Source of the DNA: Mycobacteriales bacterium
Lineage (GTDB): Bacteria; Actinomycetota; Actinomycetes; JAFAQI01
NCBI GenBank assembly: GCA_035545635.1
Contig: DASZXY010000006.1
Coordinates: 153,882-217,881, forward strand
DNA length: 64,000 nucleotides
Direction of reading: 5' to 3'
Part shown: positions 44,882-56,211 of the stretch, piece after piece
Numbering within the stretch: the first letter of the stretch is position 1
Layout: the number at the start of each line of letters is the position of its first letter
Position numbers and translations under genes: made by a program
The notes under the pieces: generated by a model
What the model saw: only the letters and a program-made list of their open reading frames with translations
Databases searched by the model: none
Told to the model about the DNA's origin: nothing

Positions 44882-45963
44882 GCAAGACGTATCGCGTCGT
44901 GCAGTGGAGCACCGGGCACGTCGGCAAGCACGCCATTGCCGGAATCGACGCGCGTCCCGACGTCGAGCTTGTCGGGCTGTGGGTGTCCAATCCCGACAAG
45001 GTCGGCAAGGACGCCGGCGAGCTCGCGGGTCTCGGCCGCAACCTGGGCGTCACCGCGACCAACGACGCGGCCGCGCTGCTCGCGCTGAAGCCGGACTGCA
45101 TCGTGCACACGGCGTGGGCCGACGACCGGATCGTCGAGGCGCTCAGCGACCTCGCCCGCTTCCTGCGCGCGGGGATCAACGTCGTGTCGAGCAGTCCGGT
45201 GTTCCTGCAGTACCCGTACGGTGTCGCCGACGACATGGCGACCGATGTCATCGCCGCCGCGCACGAAGGTGGCGCGTCGATCTTCGTCAACGGTGTCGAT
45301 CCGGGTTTCGGCAACGACGTGCTGCCGCTGGTGATGAGCGGCGTTTGCGAGCGCATAGAAGAGGTGCGCTGCCTCGAGATCCTCAACTACGCGACGTACG
45401 ACCAGGCCTCGGTGCTGAGCGACATCATGGGATTCGGCGTCGCGCTCGACAAGACGCCGTTCATCCTGCTGCCGGGCGTGCTGACCATGGCGTGGGGGAG
45501 CGTCGTCTACCAGCTCGGCAAGGCGCTCGACGTGACGTTCGACACGGTCGAGGAGAGCTACGAGCGGTATCCGGCGCCCGAGGACTTCGACATCCCGACG
45601 GGGACGATCGCGAAGGGGACGCAGGCGGCGCTGCGGTTCGAGGTGCGCGGCATGATCGACGGCAAGTCCGTGATCGTGCTCGAGCACGTCACCCGGCTCC
45701 GTGACGACCTCGCGCCGGAGTGGCCGCAGCCGGCGGGTCAGGGTGGCTACCGGGTGGTCATCACCGGCGAGCCCAACTACACCCTGGACATGCAGATGCT
45801 GGGCACCGACGGTGACCACAACACGGCAGGGCTCAAGGCGACCGCCATGCGGCTGATCAACGCGCTTCCGCACGTGGTCGATGCTGCGCCGGGCCTGGTG
45901 ACGACCCTCGATCTCCCGCTCGTCGCTGGGAACGGGCTGGTGCGCCCTCCAGCGAAGAGATAG
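44878..45963 (+). CDS. DapB-N-like NAD(P)-binding oxidoreductase (amine dehydrogenase-like family)
   Basis: YRVVQWSTGHVGKHAIAGI N-terminal Rossmann-like motif. ATGA overlap upstream. Family call is tentative. Confidence 0.6.
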   Translation: MSKTYRVVQWSTGHVGKHAIAGIDARPDVELVGLWVSNPDKVGKDAGELAGLGRNLGVTATNDAAALLALKPDCIVHTAWADDRIVEALSDLARFLRAGINVVSSSPVFLQYPYGVADDMATDVIAAAHEGGASIFVNGVDPGFGNDVLPLVMSGVCERIEEVRCLEILNYATYDQASVLSDIMGFGVALDKTPFILLPGVLTMAWGSVVYQLGKALDVTFDTVEESYERYPAPEDFDIPTGTIAKGTQAALRFEVRGMIDGKSVIVLEHVTRLRDDLAPEWPQPAGQGGYRVVITGEPNYTLDMQMLGTDGDHNTAGLKATAMRLINALPHVVDAAPGLVTTLDLPLVAGNGLVRPPAKR

Positions 45964-46132
45964 TTGCGGGGAATAACTACCGCTCTGTCCGTTGCTCATG
46001 CCAAAGTAGACGCAAGCGAGCGCCGGATCGACCCCCCACCGAGTCGCCGAGGTGAACCTCTTTCGCCCAGGCTGACCCCGACTCCGTGTGGACGTGCCGG
46101 CAGCCGGGTGGATCGGCGACGGGAGGTGTGGG

Positions 46133-47044
46133 ATGACGGCTGAACGCCTCGACCTCGTCTCCGCCGCCGGCTCCGAGATCCAGCACGACGTGGACGACCT
46201 GATCGTCCAGATCGAAGAGCCCGTCGTCGTCCACGCCGACCGGTCCTGGTACGCCCGGCTGCAGGCTCACCGCAAGACCTGGATGGCGATCCGGGGCTTT
46301 CGCGAGGTGCTGCTGATCGCGGCCGTCTACACGATGTACGACCTGACGAGGTTCCTCGTCGAGGGCAAGACCAGCATCGCGATGGGCCACGGCAACGACC
46401 TGCTCAGGCTCGAGCAATCGGTCGGGATGGCACCGGAGCACGCGCTGAACAAGCTGTTCACCGCGCATCTCTCGCTCGGGCTGCCCGCTGACTACATCTA
46501 CGCGACGCTGCACTACATCGTGACGCCCGTCGTACTGGTCTGGATGTGGCGCAAGCACAGCAGGTCCTACGGTCACGCCCGCACCGTCCTGATGGTGGCG
46601 ACGATCCTCGCGCTGGTCGGCTACTCCCTCTACCCGGTCGCTCCGCCGCGGCTGCTGCACGGCTACCTCGACACGATGGCGCAGTTCTCGCACTACGGCT
46701 GGTGGAGCACCGCGGCGAGCGCGCCGCGTGGACTTGGCGGCGACACGAACCAGTTCGCCGCGATGCCGTCGCTGCACGTGGGGTGGGCCATCTGGTGCGG
46801 CTGGATGATGGTGCGCTACGGCAAGCACCGCATCACCAAGGTGTTCGGGGTGGCGTACCCGGTCATCCTGTCGCTGGACGTCATGGTCACGGCCAACCAC
46901 TACTTCCTCGACGTGGTTGGTGGCGCGGTGGTCATGGCCGTGGCGTACGGCGCGGTTCGGCTCCTCGCCTACGCCGGCTTCGTCTCCTTCCCCAAGTACG
47001 CCGCCGCCGAGCCTGCATCGGCAGCGGAAGCCGCTCCCGCTTAG
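46133..47044 (+). CDS. PAP2-superfamily membrane phosphatase/transferase (PAP2_3-like)
   Basis: Polytopic. NQFAAMPSLHVGWA and ANHYFLDVVGG motifs. Start ATG 46133 chosen within ORF 46088-47044. Confidence 0.7.
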   Translation: MTAERLDLVSAAGSEIQHDVDDLIVQIEEPVVVHADRSWYARLQAHRKTWMAIRGFREVLLIAAVYTMYDLTRFLVEGKTSIAMGHGNDLLRLEQSVGMAPEHALNKLFTAHLSLGLPADYIYATLHYIVTPVVLVWMWRKHSRSYGHARTVLMVATILALVGYSLYPVAPPRLLHGYLDTMAQFSHYGWWSTAASAPRGLGGDTNQFAAMPSLHVGWAIWCGWMMVRYGKHRITKVFGVAYPVILSLDVMVTANHYFLDVVGGAVVMAVAYGAVRLLAYAGFVSFPKYAAAEPASAAEAAPA

Positions 47045-47057
47045 TAGCCGGCGACTC

Positions 47058-48701
47058 TTGGCATCTACCTACGCCGGCATCGGCGTGAGCGCCGGCGTGG
47101 CCGTCGGCCCCGTCGCCCGCGTCCATGGTCCGGTGTTGCCGCCGCGCGACGGGGCGCCGGTCGATGCACCAGCTGAGACCGCGCGTGCGATCGAGGCGTT
47201 CGAAGCGGTCGGCGGTGAGCTCGAGGCGCTGGCGTCGCGGGCTGGTGCTTCCGGCTCGACACTGGTCCGGCAGGCACGGATCGCCCGCGACCCGGCGCTT
47301 ACCGCGCTCGCGGGCCAGCTGGTCAGCACCGGCCGGGCCGCACCGCGAGCGGCGTGGGAGGCGTTCGCGGCGTATCGGGACATGCGTGCCGCCGACCCGA
47401 TGCGCGCAGTCCCCGACCGCGCCGAGCTCGACGACATCCGCGACCGGGTCGTCGCGCGGCTGCTCGGCGAGCCCACCCCGGGTATTCCCGATCCGGGCAC
47501 TCCGTTCGTGCTCGTCGCGCGCGACCTCTCGCCGGCCGTCACCGCCGGTCTCGACCCGGAGCGGGTGCTCGGAATCATCACCGAGCGTGGCGGTCCGACC
47601 AGTCACACGGCGGTGCTCGCAAAGTCGCTCGGCATCCCTGCCGTCGTCGCGTGCCCTGGCGTCGCGTCGCTTCGCAGCGGCCAGCGCGTCATGGTCGACG
47701 GCGCCGTCGGCGAGGTCACGGCCGATCCGGACTCAGACACGGTGGGCGCGGCCGTCAAGCTGCCGAAGCCCGACGCGGTCGTGACCGGTCCGGGCCGCAC
47801 GCGCGACGGCCGGCCGGTGCGGCTGTTCGCCGCGGTCGGCGGTGTGGGGGACGCGGATGACGCCCTGGCGGCGGGGGCCGAAGGCGTCGGGGTGTTCCGT
47901 ACCGAGTTCGCGTTCCTCGACCGGGACGAGCCCCCGTCGGTTGCCGAGCAGGCCGCGGCGTACCGCGAGGTCTTCGACGCGTTCGGCAGCCGCGAGGTGA
48001 CGGTTCGGACGCTCGACATCGGTGCCGACAAACCCGCTTCCTACGTGCGGCTCGGTGACCAGCCGAACCCGGCACTGGGCGTGCGTGGGATTCGGGTCGC
48101 GCGGCGCCACGTCGAGCTGCTCACCGACCAGCTGACCGCGATCGCGATGGCGTCGCGCGGGTCCGAGACTCCGGTGCGGGTGATGGCGCCGATGGTTGCG
48201 ACGACGGCGGAGGCGGCATGGTTCGCGGCGCAGTGCCGCGAGCACGGCATCGGTACCGCGGGCGTCATGGTCGAGGTTCCGGCTGCGGCGCTTCGCGCGG
48301 CCGACATGTTGCGCGTCGTCGACTTCGTCTCGGTCGGAAGCAACGACCTGGCGCAGTACACGTTTGCGACCGACCGCGCCGACGGTGAGCTTGCCGACCT
48401 GCTCGACCCGTGGCAGCCGGCGTTCCTCGACCTCGTGGCGACGGTGTTGCGGGCTGGTGCGGTCGCGGGCCGGCCGGTCACGGTTTGCGGCGAAGCGCCC
48501 AGCGACCCGATGCTCGCGCTGGTCCTTGTCGGGCTCGGCGCCGGCGCGCTGTCGATGACCTCACGAGTGCTGCCCGACGTACGGGCGACGCTGGCGCGGC
48601 ACAGCTACGACGACTGCGTGCGCTACGCGACCGCCGCGGTCTCCGCCGACGGCCCCTCAGAAGCAAGAGCCCGAGTAAGAGACGCCCTCGACCGCAGCTA
48701 G
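47058..48701 (+). CDS. ptsI: phosphoenolpyruvate-protein phosphotransferase (PTS enzyme I)-like PEP-utilising enzyme
   Basis: GGPTSHTAVLAKSLGIPAVV (phospho-His), SVGSNDLAQYTFATDR, VCGEAPSDP. Start TTG 47058 inferred from (M)ASTYAGIGVSAGVAVG. Confidence 0.75.
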   Translation: MASTYAGIGVSAGVAVGPVARVHGPVLPPRDGAPVDAPAETARAIEAFEAVGGELEALASRAGASGSTLVRQARIARDPALTALAGQLVSTGRAAPRAAWEAFAAYRDMRAADPMRAVPDRAELDDIRDRVVARLLGEPTPGIPDPGTPFVLVARDLSPAVTAGLDPERVLGIITERGGPTSHTAVLAKSLGIPAVVACPGVASLRSGQRVMVDGAVGEVTADPDSDTVGAAVKLPKPDAVVTGPGRTRDGRPVRLFAAVGGVGDADDALAAGAEGVGVFRTEFAFLDRDEPPSVAEQAAAYREVFDAFGSREVTVRTLDIGADKPASYVRLGDQPNPALGVRGIRVARRHVELLTDQLTAIAMASRGSETPVRVMAPMVATTAEAAWFAAQCREHGIGTAGVMVEVPAAALRAADMLRVVDFVSVGSNDLAQYTFATDRADGELADLLDPWQPAFLDLVATVLRAGAVAGRPVTVCGEAPSDPMLALVLVGLGAGALSMTSRVLPDVRATLARHSYDDCVRYATAAVSADGPSEARARVRDALDRS

Positions 48702-48703
48702 CG

Positions 48704-48820
48704 GATCGCATGTCACATAGGTGCTGTGACGCGAAGCTCCTATGTCACATGCATGTCGTGAAATGCGACCCCCATGTCACACAGGTGTCGCAAATCGCAG
48801 CACCTATGTGACATGCGATC
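48704..48820. repeat. 117-bp array L: four ATGTSACAY dyads at 32-bp phase, perfect 23-bp terminal inverted repeats
   Basis: Dyads at 48710, 48742, 48774 and 48806. GATCGCATGTCACATAGGTGCTG (48704-48726) is the exact reverse complement of 48798-48820. Confidence 0.9.
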
Positions 48821-48823
48821 TCA

Positions 48824-49798
48824 TCAAGCGGCGGCGCTCTCGATCAGGCGAACACCTGGCGGCAGGCCTTGGCCTGCGAGGCGCCGGTAGCAGGCCACCA
48901 CCTCGCCGAGCACGGCTCTTCCTTCGCGCCGGATTCGACGCGGCGAGTTGTGAAGGGCCGTCAAGCCGGCCGCTGTAATCGCGTCGTGCCGCTCCTGCAT
49001 GCTCTCGAAGAGATCCTCGCCCTCGTGGAACTCCCGGCCGTTCACCTCGTGAATGAGTGGCGCCCCTGGGAAGAGCGCGTCGGGAATGACCCTCCTTCCG
49101 TCGGGAAGCACGAGTACCTGGTTGAGCAGCGGCTCAGGGAGCTCGGGTGAGGAGCGGCAAAGCCGCACGAAATCAACTTCAGGTGCTGACCGGGCACCGC
49201 TCGCGATCTCCATCACGGCTCGTCGTGCGACGCCCGCGCCTCGACCGGTGCTGTGCTCGGCCTCCTCGGTGAGCGCCGCCACGCCCGCGATTCGGCGGTT
49301 CACGGCATCGGCGAGCATTGCGTGGGCCGTCTGAGGCACTCCAATCCGCGCCGCGGCTTCTACGAGGGCCCTCTCTGGTGGGCAGTAGGAGAGACCTTCG
49401 ATCAGTCGCGGCTCAGGGATGCGATGGGTGCGCCGAACGACGACGAATCCGCGACTCGCGCGGTGCTGCTCAGCCGGGATCAGAACGTATAGGTCTGACT
49501 CGGGCGGTAGGTACCGTACGCCGTATCGCGCGAGGGCCGTCACGTCAGCCAGCTGCGCGGACTCGCCGGCGTAGAGAAGCGCGGCTCGACTGCGTTGGCG
49601 ATGGGTCAGCTCCCCACGGAAAGTCGCGTAGACCCCGGGAAGCGTCATCGACCAGCTCTTGGCGAGCCGTTGGCGCAGCTCGCTGACCGATAGCTCAGCC
49701 AGCGCTTGAGTGCGCGTAACGATTCCGTCTTGTTGTGCAGCGAGTGCGGTGAGCGACATGTCGAGAACATGCCTGTGCAGCCGACCTGGAAGAGACAT
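48824..49798 (-). CDS. AbiEi-type wHTH N-terminal domain fused to DUF559/Vsr-like nuclease-fold C-terminal domain; orphan (no AbiEii)
   Basis: LTALAAQQDGIVTRTQALAELSVSELRQRL (AbiEi_4-like) and RVIPDALFPGAPLIHEVNGREFH (D...E-x-N/D-G..H of DUF559). Start ambiguous: ATG 49798, ATG 49759 or GTG 49852. Confidence 0.75.
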   Translation of the reverse strand: MSLPGRLHRHVLDMSLTALAAQQDGIVTRTQALAELSVSELRQRLAKSWSMTLPGVYATFRGELTHRQRSRAALLYAGESAQLADVTALARYGVRYLPPESDLYVLIPAEQHRASRGFVVVRRTHRIPEPRLIEGLSYCPPERALVEAAARIGVPQTAHAMLADAVNRRIAGVAALTEEAEHSTGRGAGVARRAVMEIASGARSAPEVDFVRLCRSSPELPEPLLNQVLVLPDGRRVIPDALFPGAPLIHEVNGREFHEGEDLFESMQERHDAITAAGLTALHNSPRRIRREGRAVLGEVVACYRRLAGQGLPPGVRLIESAAA

Positions 49799-49839
49799 TG
49801 GGCGGGTGCCGGTGGATAACCGTCCGCACCCGCTGCGCT

Positions 49840-49955
49840 GTTCGTATGTCACATGGGTGTCGTGAATCGCGGCCCCTATGTGACATAGGTGTCGTGAACC
49901 GCGACCCCAATGTCACATGCGTGTGCGGTGGCACAGCACCGATGTGACATTCGAT

Positions 49956-49956
<1 letters not shown>
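49840..49956. repeat. 117-bp array R: second copy of the four-dyad 32-bp-phased array, same orientation as L
   Basis: Dyads at 49846, 49878, 49910 and 49942. About 74 percent identical to L by hand alignment (87/117). Termini only 18/23 self-complementary. Confidence 0.9.
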
Positions 49957-51917
<1,961 letters not shown>

Positions 51918-52391
51918 TCAACCTTCTAGTTCTTCTGCGATGAGCTGCAAGCCACGGATGACGGCTCGCTGCTCAGTGGGCTTCATCCGGTCGAGCGCCC
52001 GCTGTACGGGGCGTAGCCGGGTGTCGAGAATCGTTTGCGCGAGCGCGCGGTGCGTGTCGGTGACCGTGATGAGGGTGCGGCGCCGGTCGGTGGGGTCTTC
52101 GACACGCTGCACCAGCCCGCCGGTCTCGAGGTCGGTGACGACCTGACTGGCGGTGGCGAGGGAGATTCCGAGGCGCTCCGCGAGGGTGGTCACGCTCATG
52201 CCCTCGTCGCTGACGACCTGCATGAGGGCCGCGATGTGACGCGGGGCGGGGGGCGCGTCGCGCCACTTCTCCTCCGTCGCCGCGTCCGACGGCGGGACCG
52301 GGGTGCGTTCGAGCCGCTTCATCACGGTCCGTAACGCCGACAGCAGGTCAGCCGCTGTCGACGTCAGCGCAGTCTCGGTCGGCACCGTCAC
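51918..52391 (-). CDS. MarR family transcriptional regulator
   Basis: MSVTTLAERLGISLATASQVVTDLETGGLVQRVEDPTDRRRTLI wHTH. 6 nt upstream of the MFS start. Start GTG 52391 preferred over the track start at 52424. Confidence 0.8.
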   Translation of the reverse strand: MTVPTETALTSTAADLLSALRTVMKRLERTPVPPSDAATEEKWRDAPPAPRHIAALMQVVSDEGMSVTTLAERLGISLATASQVVTDLETGGLVQRVEDPTDRRRTLITVTDTHRALAQTILDTRLRPVQRALDRMKPTEQRAVIRGLQLIAEELEG

Positions 52392-52421
52392 ACAGCGAGG
52401 GTACCTAATTGCTTCGTACAA

Positions 52422-52434
52422 CAAAACCGTTTTG
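52422..52434. promoter_or_regulatory. palindrome CAAAAC-C-GTTTTG, candidate MarR operator
   Basis: Read directly. Lies about 30 nt upstream of the preferred MarR start in the MarR / GH25 divergent region. Confidence 0.3.
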
Positions 52435-52563
52435 CTGGGCGAATCTTCTGTGACCTACCTCACGCAGATCCGTGATCGGTGCGCGTCCGGCCAGGTGTCC
52501 AGCCGGTTCCGCACTAAAATCGGACACTTCCCGTCCTTTTCCCCCGGCCGGAGTCGCCCGCGT

Positions 52564-54339
52564 ATGCATCGTCGAGCCCGAATCGCTGTGGTCTTCGCGC
52601 TTGCCCTGGTTGCCGGTCAAGCCGGCCTCACCCCGGCGATGGGCAACGCCGCCTGTCTGTTGTGCACGTCCGCGCCGACCGCGTCGGCGACCGACTCCCC
52701 GACGGGCGCCTCGGCGACCCCGTCGGCCAGCGACTCGCCCACCGCGAGCCCGACCGTCTCAGCGACCGGCTCGCCGTCGATCAGTCCATCCGTGTCACCC
52801 ACCAGCGACGGCACGATCAGTGGCCCAGACGTCGCCTCCTACCAGCACCCCGCCACCGCGGCATACCCGCACGGCAAGCCCATCAACTGGTCGGCGGTCG
52901 CACGGGACGGCATGGAGTTCGCCATCGTCAAGGCGAGTGAGTCCACGACGTACAAGAACCCGTTCTTCGCTGCCGACTACCAGGGCGTTGCCGACGCCGG
53001 GCTCGTGCGCGGCGCCTACCACTTCGCGCGACCGGCGTACCCGCTCAACACCACAGCGACCGATCAGGCGGACTACTTCGCGAAGCTGATCGGCGAGGTC
53101 GACACCCCGGCGACACTGCCCCCGGCCCTCGACCTGGAGGTCACCGGCGGGCTGCCTCGCGCCGACCTGGTGACCTGGGCTCAGATCTTCCTGTACCGCC
53201 TGCGCTCGGACACCAACCGCACTCCGATGCTCTACACCTACCCGTCGTTCTGGACCGACGTGCTCGCGGACCCGGGTGCTTTCGCGCGCTTCCCGCTGTG
53301 GATGGCGTCCTACTGCCACCCGGTGCCGGGCTGCGCGCCGACCGCGGATCTCTGGCAGTACACCTCGTCGGCGTCGATCAGCGGGATCAGCGGAGGGGTG
53401 GACGAGTCGACGTTCGTCGGCACGCGCGGTACGGAGTGGGACGTGCTGTCCGACGGTACGACGGAGTCGCCGTGGGGCTCCGCCCTGCCGAAGCCGCCGC
53501 ACTCGCTCTCGGTCACCCCCGGTCCGACGACGGCCACCGTCTCGTGGGTTCCTGGCAACGCGGGCTCGGCGCGGGTGACGTCGTACACAGTGACGTCCAG
53601 CCCGGGCAACCTCACGGCGACGGTGAACGGCTCGTCGACCTCCGCGACGGTCGAGGGGCTCGATCCGGCGACCAGCTACACGTTCACTGTCACCGCCACC
53701 AGCTCGGCAGGGACCAGCGCGCCGTCGGACCCGACCGGCCCGGTCACGCCCATCGTCTCAACGCTCCTCGCTGTCACCCAGCCGGCGGATGTCGACTACG
53801 GACATCCGCTTCTGATCAGCGCGGTGCTGACCCGGACCGACACCTCCGCCGGGGTCGGTGGCCAGCCGGTCACCGTCGACCGTCGCGTGACCGGCCACTC
53901 GAAGTGGGTCAAGCAGCAGGAGCTCACCACGCAGTCGGACGGCAGCATCGCGGTGAAGCTGCACGCGAAGAAGTCCCTCGACGTCCGCATCCGGTTCCAG
54001 GGCGGGCCTGGCTACGAGCCCGACAAGGCGAGGGGCTCGACGGTCGTGCACTCCGTCGTCACGGCTGCCCTGTCGAAGTCGAAGGTGCGTCACGGGCACT
54101 CCGTGAAGCTCACCGGCGCGGTCGCCCCGGTGCTCGACGGCGAGGAGGTCTTCCGGCAGGAGCTCGTCCGCGGCACCTGGCTGACCGGGCCCGCCAAGAC
54201 GGTTCGCGAGGACGGCACCTTCAGCTTCAAGGTGCATCCGAAGAAGAAGAAGACGACCCACACCTACCGGGTGTTCGTGGCGGCGGACCACGGGCTCGGG
54301 TCCGGTGTCTCTCCGGCTCTGCAGCTGGTGGTTCGGTAG
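52564..54339 (+). CDS. secreted GH25 muramidase (lysozyme) with fibronectin type III domain and C-terminal Ig-like repeats
   Basis: Start ATG 52564 (signal MHRRARIAVVFALALVAGQA). GPDVASYQH...EFAIVKASE...GAYHFARP...DLE GH25 pattern. PHSLSVTPGPTTATVSWVPG...YTFTVTA FN3. Confidence 0.85.
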   Translation: MHRRARIAVVFALALVAGQAGLTPAMGNAACLLCTSAPTASATDSPTGASATPSASDSPTASPTVSATGSPSISPSVSPTSDGTISGPDVASYQHPATAAYPHGKPINWSAVARDGMEFAIVKASESTTYKNPFFAADYQGVADAGLVRGAYHFARPAYPLNTTATDQADYFAKLIGEVDTPATLPPALDLEVTGGLPRADLVTWAQIFLYRLRSDTNRTPMLYTYPSFWTDVLADPGAFARFPLWMASYCHPVPGCAPTADLWQYTSSASISGISGGVDESTFVGTRGTEWDVLSDGTTESPWGSALPKPPHSLSVTPGPTTATVSWVPGNAGSARVTSYTVTSSPGNLTATVNGSSTSATVEGLDPATSYTFTVTATSSAGTSAPSDPTGPVTPIVSTLLAVTQPADVDYGHPLLISAVLTRTDTSAGVGGQPVTVDRRVTGHSKWVKQQELTTQSDGSIAVKLHAKKSLDVRIRFQGGPGYEPDKARGSTVVHSVVTAALSKSKVRHGHSVKLTGAVAPVLDGEEVFRQELVRGTWLTGPAKTVREDGTFSFKVHPKKKKTTHTYRVFVAADHGLGSGVSPALQLVVR

Positions 54340-54419
54340 CCCGCGCCCTGACGTCTGTGGCCGACTAGGCCCCACCCACAGCAGAATGTCCCCCTCAGCC
54401 ACCTTCACGGGAGACAAAC

Positions 54420-56057
54420 GTGCAGAGCTCGATGCAGGACTTCCCCCTTTCGATCGGGTCGATCCTCCGCTTCGGTAGGTCCGTCTTCGCAGACAGCGAG
54501 GTCGTCACGCTCGGCGAGGGTGGTGCTCGCCGTCGACGCTCGTACGGCGAGGTCTCCGACCGCGCCGCTCGCCTTGCCAACGGGCTTCGTGGCCTTGGCA
54601 TCGACGGCGACCAGCGCGTCGCGACGTTCATGTGGAACAACGCCGAGCACCTCGAGGTCTACCTGGCCGTGCCGTCGATGGGCGCGGTTCTGCACACCCT
54701 GAACATCCGGCTGTTCCCCGAGCAGATCGTCTACATCGCCAACCACGCCGAGGACAAGATCGTCGTCGTCGACGACTCGCTGATCCCGATCCTCTCGAAG
54801 GTCCTGCCGCAGCTCGAGACCGTGCACACCGTGCTGGTGAACGGCTCCGGCGACCGCTCGGCCCTGGAGGGGGCGGGCAAGCAGATCCTGGCCTACGAGG
54901 ACGTCCTGGCCGGGTCGTCGCTCGAGTTCGACTGGCCGGAGGACGTGGACGAGCGCTCCGCCGCGGCGATGTGTTACACCAGCGGCACGACCGGCAACCC
55001 GAAGGGCGTCGTCTATTCCCACCGCTCGACGTGGCTGCACTCGATGGGGGCGTGCACCGGCAACAGCAACGCAATCTCTTCCGACGACCGGATCCTGCCG
55101 GTCGTGCCGATGTTCCACGCCAACGCATGGGGCCTGCCCTATGCGGCATTCATGTCCGGCGCCGACCTCGTGATGCCGGACCGCTTCCTGCAGGCCGAGC
55201 CGGTCGTCGGGCTGATCGACGCGGAGCAGGTCACGGTTTCGGCCGCAGTGCCGACGATTTGGAACGACGTGCTGCAGTACCTGCGCGCTAACCCTCGCGA
55301 CAGTGCGCTGGCGACGCTGCGCGCCGTGCTCTGTGGCGGATCGGCGGTGCCGCGGACGTTGATCGAGGCGTTCGACCGAGAGTTCGGCGTCACCATCTTC
55401 CAGGGCTGGGGGATGACGGAGACCTCACCCCTCGCCTCAGTGTCGAAGCCGCCCGCGGGGGTGACGGGGGAGGCGGCGTGGGACTACCAGGCGAAGGCCG
55501 GCCGGGTGCAGTTCGGCGTCGAGGTCCGCATCGTCGACGACGAAGGCACCGTGCTGCAGAACGACGGCAAGGAGGTCGGCGAGATCGAGCTCCGCGGACC
55601 GTGGATCACCGCGTCGTACTACAAGGACGACGACCCGGCGAAGTTCCACGACGGCTGGTTGCGCACCGGCGACGTCGGCGCGATCGACCCGATGGGCTAC
55701 ATCACGATCAGCGACCGCTCGAAGGATGTCATCAAGTCCGGGGGTGAATGGATCTCCTCGGTCGAGCTCGAGGGGGAGATCATGGCCCACCCCTCGGTGC
55801 TCGAGGCCGCCGTCGTCGGCGTCCCCGACGATCGGTGGCAGGAGCGGCCGTTGGCGTGCGTCGTGCCGAAGCCGGGCGAGAGCGTCGATCCGGCGGCGGT
55901 GCGCGACTTCCTGGTCGACCGGGTCGTCAAGTGGTGGCTGCCGGAGCGCTGGGCGATCATCGAGGCGGTCCCGAAGACGTCGGTCGGCAAGTTCGACAAG
56001 AAGGTGCTGCGCAAGCAGTACGCCGATGGCGAGCTAGAGGTCACGACGCTCGGCTAA
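54420..56057 (+). CDS. long/medium-chain fatty-acid-CoA ligase (ANL superfamily)
   Basis: MCYTSGTTGNPKGV, QGWGMTETSP, TGDVGAIDPMGYITISDRSKD, PKTSVGKFDKKVLR. Confidence 0.85.
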   Translation: MQSSMQDFPLSIGSILRFGRSVFADSEVVTLGEGGARRRRSYGEVSDRAARLANGLRGLGIDGDQRVATFMWNNAEHLEVYLAVPSMGAVLHTLNIRLFPEQIVYIANHAEDKIVVVDDSLIPILSKVLPQLETVHTVLVNGSGDRSALEGAGKQILAYEDVLAGSSLEFDWPEDVDERSAAAMCYTSGTTGNPKGVVYSHRSTWLHSMGACTGNSNAISSDDRILPVVPMFHANAWGLPYAAFMSGADLVMPDRFLQAEPVVGLIDAEQVTVSAAVPTIWNDVLQYLRANPRDSALATLRAVLCGGSAVPRTLIEAFDREFGVTIFQGWGMTETSPLASVSKPPAGVTGEAAWDYQAKAGRVQFGVEVRIVDDEGTVLQNDGKEVGEIELRGPWITASYYKDDDPAKFHDGWLRTGDVGAIDPMGYITISDRSKDVIKSGGEWISSVELEGEIMAHPSVLEAAVVGVPDDRWQERPLACVVPKPGESVDPAAVRDFLVDRVVKWWLPERWAIIEAVPKTSVGKFDKKVLRKQYADGELEVTTLG

Positions 56058-56086
56058 TCTGGCTGCGCGCGGCGGCGACGTCGCGA

Positions 56087-56179
56087 GGAGGCTTCGCCTA
56101 GTCCGGTCTATGGCGCCGCACTGCTAATGCGGTTTGGGTTTATCGCCCATCCCGGGTTCAAATCCCGGAGCCTCCGCCA
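56087..56179 (+). tRNA. tRNA-Ser (anticodon GCT), CCA encoded
   Basis: Acceptor GGAGGCT/AGCCTCC, anticodon stem CCGCA/TGCGG with loop CTGCTAA, long variable arm, T-arm CCGGG-TTCAAAT-CCCGG, then G-CCA. Confidence 0.9.
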
Positions 56180-56211
56180 CGTGGGCTTGACCCCGTTTAG
56201 TGGACCACTGC

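Noticed and set aside
48710-48811. A 33-codon Cys/His-rich ORF (MSHRCCDAKLLCHMHVVKCDPHVTQVSQIAAPM) runs exactly from dyad 1 (ATG) to dyad 4 (ATGTGA) of array L. A matching 33-codon ORF (MSHGCRESRPLCDIGVVNRDPNVTCVCGGTAPM) occupies 49846-49947 in array R.
   Set aside because: A codon-by-codon comparison of the two copies shows almost exclusively non-synonymous differences (only 2 synonymous out of about 19 changed codons), so there is no purifying selection on the peptide. The 32-bp unit is not a multiple of 3. The start and stop codons are by-products of the ATGTSACAT motif itself.
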